Source: Raja brachyura (taxonomy: Eukaryota). Taken from it: a stretch of 64,000 bases of DNA. Of the stretch, positions 35,726-47,900 are shown one piece after another. The notes beneath the pieces are model-generated. The model saw nothing but the letters and a program-made list of their open reading frames with translations. It had not been told where the DNA came from and did no database searches. The DNA is taken from assembly GCA_963514005.1 (NCBI GenBank), contig OY740794.1, forward strand, positions 15,438,001 through 15,502,000. Reading direction: 5' to 3'. Made by a program: the position numbers and the translations under genes. Positions within the stretch are counted from its first letter, which is position 1. Every line of letters begins with the position of its first letter.

Positions 35726-36109
35726 CAGGTCCACCATCGATTTTCCTGCACCCTTGGTTCCATAGTCTTTCTGGATTATCCATTTTGCCGGACCAAGAGG
35801 TCATGGCCGGCGAGAAGAGTCCAATGGTACTGGAATGGTCCACCGTGTCTGCCCAGGGGCAAGATACTGGCCCGCAAAATCGGCCTCGGAAGTTGGCTAT
35901 GGGAACATATCTGTTGGTTCCGACTGAGCTGGAGTTCCAGAGACCCGGCCCCAACCCCGGCTAATTCGACCCGCTGATTGGCAAGGAAGTCCCGATGAGG
36001 TTGAGATCGGCCGCCTCATCGGGACTTTAAATCTAAGTATGCTCTTGTAATTTTCTCCGGATTAAAGGAGGTGCCGGTACCAGTTGCCGGAAAATCAGTG
36101 GTGGGCTTG
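35726..36109. mobile_element. TA-flanked MITE (Tc1/mariner/pogo-like)
   Basis: TA|CAGGTCCACCATCGATTTTCCTGCA ... TGCCGGAAAATCAGTGGTGGGCTTG|TA: imperfect ~25-bp TIR with a TA duplication. Confidence 0.72.
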
Positions 36110-36146
36110 TAACTAAGTACATGACTTATGATAAAGCTCAGCTTAC

Positions 36147-36433
36147 CGTCAAGAATGAATATCCAATCCACAGGCTGATCCATCCTGAGGGGCAAGGAGG
36201 GATAGCCTGGTCCTGGCTGTGTACAGCCACTGCAACAGAAGGTGCCTCACAGACAGAGCACCTGCTGATGTGAGGCTCTACCTCACTATCAGCGACTGGC
36301 ATCATGGGAAGAGGCGCCGTGGTGGACAACCAGTAGGATTTGTCGTTTCGAGTGGCATAGTGGCAAACTTCATCAATGCTGCAATATGCAAATGGCACAG
36401 TACTGAACATTGGCAGGCAAGAGCCCGCTAGAC
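36147..36433 (-). CDS. col4a4: Collagen IV alpha-4 NC1 exon (287 nt, phase 1-0)
   Basis: tcccag|GTCTAGCG...TTGACG|gtaagc. Encodes [106 protein letters not shown] and [14 protein letters not shown] are alpha-4-like. Confidence 0.95.
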
Positions 36434-36859
36434 CTGGGAGAACAGCAAGATTGCAGTAGTTAACAATAACTGTCTGATAAAAGCATCCGAACTAATATTA
36501 AATATCCCGAGAGCAAGCCTCAAAATAAGTTGCCAAAATAATAACCAAACAAGTCTCTTTTTACAACCAAACACTGCAACACCTGGGTATAGAGTATCAC
36601 TTGTATGCAGGGTAGAATCAGACACACTCCTGTATGTAGCCCAGTGGATACACACTCTTGGATACAGCCCATCACACAGACAGAAACAGATATAGACGGG
36701 TACACACTCCTCAGTACAGTCCATCGTATACACAGACACACACACACACAAACACACACGCCAGACTCATTCATACCTTGAATGCAACTTATCAGTATGC
36801 TTAGCCCTGGCTACAGCCTGTGAAGTGTACAGGGCTGCTATCATCTGAAAGGTAGCCAA

Positions 36860-37960
36860 TACTTTAGATATCTTCAAATACGAGACTATCTGAAATCATA
36901 TACTCAAGATTATCAATATATGGTTCCAGACACACTAGACAAATGTATGAATAGAAACTCAGATTCAAATAAGTTAATATCATACCTTTATAATACCCTT
37001 TTAAATATACAAACCCCATCGTCAGAAATAATTAGAAGAGCCTGGGAAGATGAACTCGGCCTAACAATTTTAAAAGACAGATGGGAGGAAAGCCTTCTAT
37101 ACATACACAATTGTTCTCTTAATGTTAGGCATTCGTTAATACAATGTAAAATACTGCACAGACTCTATTATTCAAAGTCTAAACTGAATAACATCTTCCC
37201 AAATGTTTCTCATATTTGTGATAAATGTCTCCTTCAGGAAGCAACTATAACCCATTCCTTTGCTTCTTGTATAAAGTCACATAATTTCTGGAGAGGAATA
37301 CTTGACATTTTTTCAAAAACGCTTAAAATAAAATTGGACCCCGACACTGAAATGATTACTCTAGGTACCTTAGAAGCCTGTTCTGAGCCAACACTATTTC
37401 AAAGACGTCTCCTTAATTATGGCCTGATAACGGCGAATAAACTAATACTTAAATTTTGGAAACACACATCAGTCCCTACTGTTAAGATGTGGAATACAAA
37501 CATGTCCGAGACACTACATCTTGAAAATATTAGACTTGTCTTGGCAGAAAAAAACCAGATTATTTTTCCAAGACATGGACACCCTTCACCGAATTCTTAC
37601 AAGGATAGTATGGCGCAACACAACTTTGGATTTAAATCCAACTATGGTTTGGGTGAGGTGGGTGGGGAGGGACGAGAGGCAGGTATTTCACCACATTTCT
37701 CTCCCTTTTTATTTTGTTCTTTTTTTTTCTTTTTCTTTTCTTTCTTTCTCTTACCAACTCTTTAGCTACACTACTTTGGTAGTCTAAAGGTGCTATCTTT
37801 GCACCTCTCACTTTTTCTCTCTCTCTCTCTCTCTCGTTCTTTCTCTTTTCTTTTCCTTTATTTTAAAGCCAAAAAGTTAAAATTGAAGCTGTACATTAAC
37901 TGTATAATTTTATATACCGTTTGTTCTACTCTTGGACATTTACTTATAATAATAAAAAAG
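36860..37960 (+). mobile_element. L1/Tx1-clade LINE 3' fragment (RT-associated zinc-binding domain)
   Basis: ORF 36920-37765 with WE.ELG, KILHRLYY.K.KL, CDKC....AT.THSF.SC...FW (C-x2-C-x8-H-x4-C); pyrimidine-rich 3' UTR and AATAAAAA at ~37951. Confidence 0.8.
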
Positions 37961-38049
37961 TGTACCGGGCTGTTTATAGAGAGCTACTTGCGAAGCAAGA
38001 GCACACACTCCTATTTCTGGGTGGGATTATACTAAATAGTGGGGGGGTG

Positions 38050-39820
38050 GGGGTGAGGAGATAAATTGGAAATACAAGGATGGAATTAAAGGGAAAGAGA
38101 ATATGGGAAAAGTTAAGAAAGACACCAGAATTAACAGGAATGAAAGCTCACGAAGGGGGAGGAGAATATGGCCAAGTGAAATAGGAATTGATGTGAAAGG
38201 TGAGGTGAGTAATGGATTAAAAGTATTATATCTGACTGCGCAAAGTATAAGAAGTAAAATGGATGAGCTTGAGGCTCAGTTAGAGATTGGTAGATATGAC
38301 ATTGTGGGGATTCCAGAGGCATGGCTGCAGAAGGATCAGGACTGGGAACTGAATATTCAGGCTTATATGTCCTATGGAAAGGACAGACAGGTGGGCATAG
38401 GAGGTGATGTTGCTCTGTTGGTGAGGGATGAAATTCAGTCCGTTTCGAGGGTGACATAGGGACTGATGATGTAGAGTCGCTGTGGATAGTATTGAGGAAT
38501 TGTAAGGATAAGAAGATGCTGATGGGTGTTATCTACAGGCCCCCAAACAGTAGCCTGGATATAGGGTGCTAGTCGCAGCAGGATTTAAATTGGCATGTAA
38601 CAAAGGTAATGTCACTGTGGTTATGGGAGATTTCAATATGCAGATGGACATCAGGTTGGTTCTGGACCCCAAGAAAGGGAGATTGTAGAGTGCCTCTGAG
38701 ATGGATTCTTAGAGCAGCTTGTACTGATGCCTACCAAAGAGAAGGAAATTCTGGATTTAGTGTTATCTAATGAACCAGATTTAATAAAGGGAACTCAAGG
38801 TAAAGGAACTGCCAGGAGATAGTGCCATAATATGATATGTTTTCATCTGCAATTTGGGAGGGAGCAGGTTAAATCAGAAGTGTCAGTGTTGTAGTTGAAC
38901 AAAGGGGACTATGAAGGCATGAGAGAGGAGCTGGCCAAGGTCGACTGGAAAAGGATACCAGCAGGAATGACAGTGGAACAGCAATGGCAGCAATTTCTGG
39001 GCATAATGCAGAAAATGCAAGATTATTTTATTCCAAAGAGGAAGAAAGATTCTAAGGGGAGTTAAGGGACTGTCCCACCAGCATGTAACTCTATGCGATG
39101 AACGTGATCAAACTAGAAGCGGGGGCCGCGCGGAGGTCGGGTGATCCCCTGTACAGGGCCGTTCCCACCAGCATGCGCCTGCATGCGGCAAGCGCAACCA
39201 AACCGGCAGTAGGGGCCGCGCGGAGGTCGGGTGAGTGGCGCAACGCGGCGCAAAGTGAGGCGAACTTGGAGCGAAGTCTAAGGTAAGTTCGCCAGGACAG
39301 AGAGGGGCACACAGAGAGGGGCACCGAGGCACACACACACAGAGGGCCACGGAGCCACACACATAGAGGGTCACGGAGGCACTTACAAATAGGTTCACGG
39401 AGGTACGATGTCGGGGCGGTGTGTAAATGTTGAGGCGACTGCGAGCCGACAAGCCGTTGCCGCGCGGAATTTTTGGACATAGTCAGTTTTTCGGAGCCCC
39501 GCGCGGTGTCGGGACGAACTCCGCACAATTCCGCACAATTCGGCGATCGAAGTGGGACCACACCCGCGACGCCGGACGGCTCAAGTGACCACGTTAGGTC
39601 GTGCTAATCGCATAGAGTTGCATGCTGGTGGGACAGGCCCTTAAGAGGCAACCGTGGCTGGCAAGGGAAGTTAGGGATGGAATAAAAATAAAAGAAAAGG
39701 TGTATAAAAGAGTAGCAGGAAGCTAGAGGATTGGGGTATTGGATGATCAGCCATGATCACAATGAATGGAGGTGCTGGGTCGAAGGACCAAATGGCCTCC
39801 TCCTGCACCTATTTTCTATG
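38050..39820 (+). mobile_element. Degenerate CR1 LINE (AP endonuclease region, internal deletion, 3' tail), interrupted by a MITE
   Basis: LKVLYLTAQSIRSKMDELEAQL....YDIVGIPEAWL; host sequence resumes after the MITE; CR1 tail at ~39740-39820. Confidence 0.8.
39065..39641. mobile_element. MITE family A, second copy, nested in CR1
   Basis: Nearly identical to 2569-3238 but with one fewer 90-bp unit; TTA/TAA flanks. Confidence 0.88.
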
Positions 39821-41479
39821 GGTTTTTTTTTGTTGTTGTGGGCAATGACAAAGCTTTCCGACTAAGCTGCCTTAGGCCTGGACCAGCAAATCCCTTGAGT
39901 CCAAAGTGACTCTCTGTTCCATGAATATCAATACCATGTCGTTTAATGCAAGATGAAAGTTTTCAAGCCATGCAGATGAAAAGAGCTGGATTTCCATGCA
40001 GGCTTCATTTTGTCTTACCTATTCCAGGCCAGCAGTATTTGTGGGTATTTATTACCCACCTCTCAAAGTTTTAGAAGGGGTAGTTTACTGAACCATTTCT
40101 GATGGAAATTAATAGTTGATCATGCGTTAGTTGTGCTCTGGAATGTTAAAGGTAACTAAGGTAAGTTTCATGTTTTTTGGAACACCAGTGAGCCCAGTAG
40201 CCTTTAATGACCATCCAATTTATTTATGGCCACTATAATCGATGCAATGTTTAATTAACAGAATTAATTTAAAGCCAATGATTGTTAGATGTTGACAGTG
40301 TCTCTGGATTCCAGGTCGATATGCTCTTGACCATTCCAGGGTCTTACTGCTACACTGAGGTTTAATTACAGTGTGCTTCATGCAAAGGCAGCCTCTCTGC
40401 ACCCACTGTCATTCAGGCCTGATAACAAGACAAGACTTGAGAGCGCTTGCTGTCTGGGGAAGAGTATCCATTTGAAGAATTAAGGAGAGAGGAGAGGAGA
40501 GGAGGGGAGGGAAGAAATTGGAGAAATCGTCCAATGCAGGGAAGGTTTGTCCAAGCTAAGTTTGTAATGCAAAACAGTGCTGCCACTGCTCAGACAACAT
40601 ACAATACTGGGTATTAGTTGCATAAAACCAAGTGCATTTTGAAGCCTGTGTCTACCGCTTGTCAAAAGATTCACAACGATAAGAGTCAAGGCACAAATGA
40701 AACAACAGCAAGATGAACATGTACTGTGGTTTAAAACATCCTGTGATTCCTCAAGCTAAAATTCTCTATATTATTACCCAAGTTATAATGTGGATTCACA
40801 ATCAGTAGGATCTAAAAAGATGACAAATGCCACGGCATTTGGAATAGAGAAAGAAATTGAACTGAATTGAAATCATTTATAATTAAGATATTCAGTGATA
40901 TAGGTAGGGATGGGGGGAAGTTATTGAAACACAGTGTAGTGAGGAATAAGATGTGAGTTTTAAACTCCAAGGTTTCAGCATCAGGTCTCAGTGTAGGTTG
41001 GCAAAGGTGGAATTGGTTGGGGAGATGTCATGGTTGGTAGAGATCTGGATTTGCTGAAGATAAGAGGGACTAGGGTTAAGGTCTGTCAGGAACAATTTTG
41101 TCTAAAAGCATGGATGAAATAGGATGGATTCAGGTGATGTTAGGGAGTTAAAAGTAAGCAGGAATTGTGATGGATAAGGCATAGGATCAGATGTCAGGTG
41201 CCTAACCCAGGAAGTTAAGATTGTGAATAATTTGTAATCAATAGTTGTAATCAATAGTGAAGATATAGATTATATGATGAGGACCAAAATACATGCAGAA
41301 TAACCTTGTATATTTCACTTGAACATTTCTCATCTCTGACTTGCGTTGCACGGAATCTCAGTTCTATTGAGAATGATGCCAATTGATTATGGTGCAATAA
41401 ATGTTTCACACTGACATTAGTAATACATCTCCCCTAAATATCAGTTTCTTTGAAAGCAGATTCAGATTTACCAGATCTC

Positions 41480-41685
41480 CCTGTGACTGGGATAGGATTC
41501 CTCCGGCTTCCTCCCACATCCCAGTGACATGCAGGTTTGTATGTTGATTGGCCTCTGTAAATTGCTCCTTGTGTGTTGGGATTGGATGTGAATGTGGGAA
41601 TAACATAGAACTAGGGTGAATGGCTGATTGATGGCCAGTGTGGACTCAGTGGGCTGAAGGGCCAGTTCCCCTGCTGTATCTTTTC
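41480..41685 (+). mobile_element. Degenerate V-SINE 3' part
   Basis: CTCCGGCTTCCTCCCACATCCC...GTAAATTG...GTGGGCTGAAGGGCC. Confidence 0.65.
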
Positions 41686-41834
41686 CCTGCTGATTAAATG
41701 AAGCTGGAAGTTGCCTGGACAACATTTTGGCGACTATCATTTGCAACTATACCAACATTAGTAAACATCTGAGGGATGCCAAGAACAAAATTCAAGAAAG
41801 GGCAAGACGATTGGACAAAAGGTTTTAAACTTAC

Positions 41835-42023
41835 CAAGATCTTGACTGTGAGATTTCCCCTGCCCCTCCAGATAAAGCAAACTATATCCTTCCCAAAGGC
41901 TTTGCATGTTTTGAGGACATGTAGGTGTTCTTACTGACTGGCTGTGCACCACAATCAGAAACCCACCAGAGGTTGGAGTGCAAAGTGTCAGATCTCCTGG
42001 TGGCCCTTGTTCTCCAGGAGGAC
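41835..42023 (-). CDS. col4a4: Collagen IV alpha-4 exon (189 nt): triple helix/NC1 junction
   Basis: actttag|GTCCTCCT...GATCTTG|gtaagt. Encodes GPPGEQGPPGDLTLCTPTSGGFLIVVHSQSVRTPTCPQNMQSLWEGYSLLYLEGQGKSHSQDLG (NC1 motifs HSQ and GYSLLY..G..K.H.QDLG). Confidence 0.95.
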
Positions 42024-42681
42024 CTAAAGTAAAGGACAAAAATATAATGTCAATGGTGGCACTTCTGCATGTCCAACCTACTTGAAGATGAGCAAATGGT
42101 AATACATTTGCTGGACTCAGATATATTGGTTTGATTTTGAGAGTATTTTGGAATTAATCCCGGAGGAATTGCCACTTCTTCTTTTGCTTTGTGAAACTAT
42201 ATTACTGTGCCAAGGTGTTAGTGACATTATGGCCAATTCAACCACATAAATTGCTGGGACGACAGGACTCATGTGGACCATGAACACATGCAAATTGTAG
42301 AGTTAGTTGGATCAAAGCTAATATAATTCTAAGGTGCCAGCGAGCATTTCTTAATTTGCGGTGATTTGAAATTGATCCCGTCTCATTCTCTCCGGGGAAT
42401 TTAAAGGGAAAGCTTATATTGCAACTGGATTCTTCCACTAATTCTCTAAATTCCTCGCCAGCATCCACACCTCACCCCCTACCGCCTCCCTCCACTTCCC
42501 TGCAATTGGACTCCATCCTTTCTGCTGTTAGAGCCAAACCCTTTACCACAAGAGGATTTCAGCAGATGATTTTGGAATGATGTTTATAAACGGGAAAGTG
42601 AATGGTCTCGGATAATTTGTTTTATAAAATGATTCCTGCTGGATAAAATGAACAATGTATGCATACCAATTGGTTTCTCAC

Positions 42682-42798
42682 CTAGGTCTCCAGTGATTCC
42701 ACGTTCCCCAGGTGTGCCGGAGTCTCCAGGAGGTCCAGGGGGACCAACTGGGCCCTGGTGACCCAGCCGGCCAGCTTGGCCTTTGTGCCCTTTGGGTC
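42682..42798 (-). CDS. col4a4: Collagen IV alpha-4 coding exon (117 nt, phase 1-1)
   Basis: tccacag|GACCCAAA...GACCTAG|gtgaga. Encodes GPKGHKGQAGRLGHQGPVGPPGPPGDSGTPGERGITGDLG. Confidence 0.92.
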   Translation of the reverse strand, partial: DPKGTKAKLAGWVTRAQLVPLDLLETPAHLGNVESLET

Positions 42799-43530
42799 CT
42801 GTGGATGTGCAGAGAATAAGCATTTCCACATCTGTCCAAGGCTTGGTGGAATATTGACAATTGTCAGGTAATTCAACTCTGCTTTTTTTTTCAACTTTGT
42901 AAAATAACACTTTTAGCAGAAATTTTGAAATAAATAATACTTTTATTGAATATCAGGAGAAAATATTTGCATTAGTCTCTACACTTGTACACGGATGTAA
43001 GGTGGATGTAAGAGTGTGTGTGTGTCATGTGTGAAACCATATCTATGAGTGAGAGTGTGTGAAGATATGAGAGTGTAAGAGCATGTGCAAATATATCATT
43101 GTTTACAAGTGTGTGCATGTGTGTATAAGTGTGATTGGTTGGATATGTGTGTGTGTACAAGAGGTATTGTATGTATATGCAGGTGGGTATTCACAAAGGA
43201 AGAAGAGTTTTTTAATTCCAGAGTGTAAGGGTATGTGTGTGCACAAATGGTATATTTTGTTACTCGGTGTGTGTGTGCATGGCTGTTGCAAGTTGCTCAA
43301 GTACTTATGGAAAAAAACAGGACTCGCCAACCGGACTTCCAAGCTAATATAACGGTGAATCAAGAAGGTAAGAGAAGTGGTTGATAAGGCAGAAGTTATT
43401 TAGTTCAAATGCAGATAAACAGGGGAAAATTGATTTTTACTTGGAAGATAGAAAATAGCAATCAAAAAATAATAGCCAGAGAACAATGTTAAAAGTATAT
43501 CTTGAAAACACGGGCTACAATCCTGAAAAG

Positions 43531-43710
43531 AACACAAAGTGCTGGGGTAACTCAGTGGGTCAGGCAGCATCTCTGGAGTACATGAACATTTGACATTTTG
43601 GGTATAGACCCCTCTTCAGATCTGTAAAGGGGTCTCGACCCAAAATGTCAATTGTCCATGTTTTCCAGAGATGCTGCCTGACTCGCTGAGTTACTTCAGG
43701 ACTTTGTGTC
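43531..43710. mobile_element. Palindromic Penelope-derived element (two inverted pLTR halves)
   Basis: ~90-bp imperfect inverted arms centred on AGATCT at ~43620. Confidence 0.75.
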
Positions 43711-44916
43711 CTTTAGTATATTAACCAACATCGGCAGTTCTTTGGTTCTACATCTGGGCTGCAATTCTGGTAGTTGGTCAAAATTGCAACTTTCATTTTA
43801 CATGCATTCGTTCACAGAATCCGGACATCATTGTTGAAGCCGACAATTGTTGGCCATTCTTAATGATTCCATTTATGGATCTGTATTTGAATATCAGCCA
43901 GACCGGATAGTGATGGCAAATTTCCTCTCTGAAGCTCATGATATTCATGAACTCACTGGAGGTTTGCAATGATCCAGTTGTTTCATATTTACTATTACCG
44001 ACTAGATTTAACTCCAGATTTTATCAAGTTACTTGCATACACATTCCCCAGCTGTGGTAGTGTGATTCAAACACACATCTGCATGAATGGTCCAGACTTC
44101 TGGCTCTGCTAGTCTGGTAACATAACCATTATACTACCACACCACATCAGGACGTTCTTTTCAATTTGGACTTGATTGGAATCCACTAGGTCAGTCACGG
44201 GGTAGCTCATTCACGTTGAGTTGGTGGAAAATCTTAGCAGGTTTTCCAATGGCCAGTAATGCCTTTACCATGCTCTTTGATCGATTGTGAGCCTGGGGGC
44301 AGATTCCGACAGGCATCTCAGCTCCAAGGCAGACAGGCATGCAGTACAATCTCAGCATAGACAGCCCACTGTAGTCACCGAACTGCCAGCAAAACCTCAC
44401 TCCCACCCCTCTGGGCTCTCAAAGATGCCAATGTGTTTGAGGGAATGTATTTAGAATATTTTTGACACCCAAAGAAAATCAGTACCATTTGGAACACATG
44501 GAATAAAAGCTAAAACCATTTGTTAAAAAAGTTTAAATGTTGATTTTTTAATATATATATATAATATATATACATATATAGTTTACAATGGCATACTCAC
44601 AGAACAAAAGTCCTTTCGTTAGCACTTGTAATTAATGTATTTATTTTAGTCACCTACTCATTTGAACAGGACAATTGGCAATTAATCCAGTGTGGCCTCA
44701 GCAAGGAGGCTTTCCAGCCAGAAGTCAGCAAAAATTCTAATGCTCTTGGCGGTTCCATGAAGAGTATATTGGTGCAGAAACATCACAACTACCATTGGGA
44801 ATGTGCAAGTTGCCACAGTTGGCCTTTCTGTCCACCAATGCTCGGGGCCAAAATATCTGCATAGATACTGGTGTAAACCCCTTGAATTATTGCTGGCATT
44901 GCATCTTAAAAAACAA

Positions 44917-47900
44917 GCAGGGATGACATTGGAACTAAAATGGCAGGTATTTCTAGGAATAATACAGAAGGTGCAGGATCAATGCATTCCTAGGAGGAAG
45001 AAAGATTCCAAGGGGAGTAAGGGGCGACCGTGGCTGACAAGGGACGTCAGGGACAGTATAAAAATAAAAGAGAAGAATTACAACGTAGCAAAGATGAGCG
45101 GGAAGCAAGAGGATTGGGTAATGTTTAAAGAGCAACAAGATAACTAAAAAGACAATACGAGGAGAAAAGATGGAGTGTGAAGGTAAGTTAGCCAAGAATA
45201 TAAAGCAGAATAGTAAAAGCTTCTTTAGGTATGTGAAGAGAAGGAAATTAGTTAAGACCAAAGTTGGACCCTTGAAGACCGAAAAAGGTGAATTTATTAT
45301 GGGGAACAAGGAAATGGCAGATGAGTTGAACAGGTATTTTGGATCTGTCTTCAGGAGGACACAAACAATCTTCCTGATATAGTAGTGGCCAGAGGATCTG
45401 GGGTGACGGAGGAACTGAACGAAATCCACATTAGGAAATGGTGTTGGGTAGACTGATGGGACTGAAGGCTGATAAATCCCCAGGGCCTGATGGTCTGCAT
45501 CCCAGGGTACTTAAGGAAGTGTCTCTAGAATTCGTGGATGCATTGGTTCCAATGTTCTATAGACTCAGGATCAGTTCCTGTGGATTGGAGGGTAGCTAAT
45601 GTTATCCCACATTTTAAGAAAGGCGGGAGAGAGAAAACAGGGAATTATAGACCGGTTAGCCTGACATCGGTGGTGGGGAAGATGCTGGAGTCAATTATTA
45701 AAAATGAAATAGCCGCACTTTTGGATAGCAGTAACAGGATCGGTTCGAGTCAGCATGGATTTACGAAGCGGAAATCACGCTAGACTAATCTTCTGGATTT
45801 TTTGAAGATGTAACTAGGAAAATGGACATGGGCGAGCCAGTGGATGTAGACATAGAAACATAGAAATTTGGTGCAGGAGTAGGCCATTCGGCCCTTCGAG
45901 CCTGCACCGCCATTCAATATGATCATGGCTGATCATCCAACTCAGTGTCCTGTACCTGTCTTCCCTCCATACCCTCTGATCCCCTTAGCCACAAGGGCCA
46001 CATCTAACTCCCTCTTAAATATAGCCAATGAACTGGCCTCAACTACCCTCTGTGGCAGAGAGTTCCAGAGACCCACCACTCTCTGTGTGAAAAAGGTCCT
46101 TCTCATCTCGGTCCTAAAGGATTTCCCCCTTATCCTTAAGCTGTGACCCCTTGTCCTGGACCTCCCCAACATCGGGAACAATCTTCCTGCATCTAGCCTG
46201 TCCAACCCCTTGTAAGTTTCTATAAGATCCCCTCTCAATCTCCTAAATTCTAGAGAGTATAAACCGAGTCTATGCAGTCTTTGTTCATAAGACAGTCCTG
46301 ACAGTCCAGGAATCAGTCTGGTGAACCTTCTCTGCACTCCCTCTATGGCAATAATATCCTTCCTCAGATTTGGAGACCAGAACTGCACGCAATACTCCAG
46401 GTGTGGTCTCACCAAGACCCTATACAACTGAAGTAGAACCTCCCTGCTCCTATACTCAAATCCTTTTGCTATGAAAGCTAACATACCATTTGCTTTCTTC
46501 ACTGCCTGCTGCACCTGCACGCCTACTTTTAATGGCTGGTGTACCATGACACCCAGGTCACGCTGCATCTCCCCTTTTCCTAATCGGCCACCATTTAGAT
46601 AATAGTCTGCTTTCCTATTTTTGCCACCAAAGTGGATAACCTCACATTTATCCACATTATACTGCATCGGCCAAACATTTGCCCACTCACCCAGCCTATC
46701 CAAGTCACCTTGCAGTCTCCTAGCATCCTCCTCACAGCTAACACTGCCTCCCAGCTTAGTGTCATCCGCAAACTTGGAGATATTGCCTTCAATTCCCTCA
46801 TCCAGATCATTAATGTATATTGTAAATAGCTGGGGTCCCAGCACTGAGCCTTGCGGTACCCCACTAGTCACTGCCTGCCATTGTGAAAAGGACCCGTTTA
46901 CTCCTACTCTTTGCTTCCTGTTTGCCAGCCAGTTCTCTATCCACATCAATACTGAACCCCCAATGTCGTATGCTTTAAGTTTATATGCTAATCTCTTATG
47001 TGGGACCTTGTTGAAAGCCTGCTGGAAGTCCAGATACACCACATCCACTGGTTCTCCCCTATCCACGCTACTAGTTACATCCTCGAAAAATTCCACAAGA
47101 TTCGTCAGACATGATTTACGTTTCGTAAATCCATGCTGACTTTGTCCAATGATTTCACCACTTTCCAAATGTGCTGCTATCCCATCTTTAATAACTGACT
47201 CTAGCAGTTTCCCCACTACCGATGTTAGACTAACTGGTCCGTAATTCCCCGTTTTCTCTCTCCCCCCCTTCTTAAAAAGAGGCGTTACGTTTGCTACCCG
47301 CCAATCCTCAGGAACTACTCCAGAATCTAAAGAGTTTTGAAAGATTATCACTAATGCATCCACTACTTCCTTAAGTACCCTGCTATTTCCGGCAGGTTAT
47401 TTGTCTTCCTTAGTGAAGATGGAACCAAAGTAGTTATTCAATTGGTCCGCCATATCCTTGTTCCCCATGATCAACTCACCTGTTTCTGACTGCAAGGGAC
47501 ATACATTTGTTTTAACTAATCTCTTTCTCTTCACATATCTATAAAAACTTTTGCAGTCAGTTTTTATGTTCTCTGCCAGTTTTCTTTCATAATCTATTTT
47601 TCCTTTCCTAATCAAGTCCTTTGTCCTCCTCTGCTGGTCTCTGAATTTCTCCCAGTCCTCTGGTATGCTGCTTTTTCTGGCTACTTTGTACGCATCATCC
47701 TTTGCTTTGATACTATCCCTGATTTCCCTAGTTATCCACGGATGCACTACCTTCCCTGATCTATTCTTTTGCCAAACTGGGATGAACAATTTTTGTAGTT
47801 CATCCATGCAGTCTTTAAATGTCTTCCATTGCATATCCACCGTCAACGCTTTTAGAATTGATTGCCAGTCAATCTTGGCCAATTCACGTCTCATACCCTC

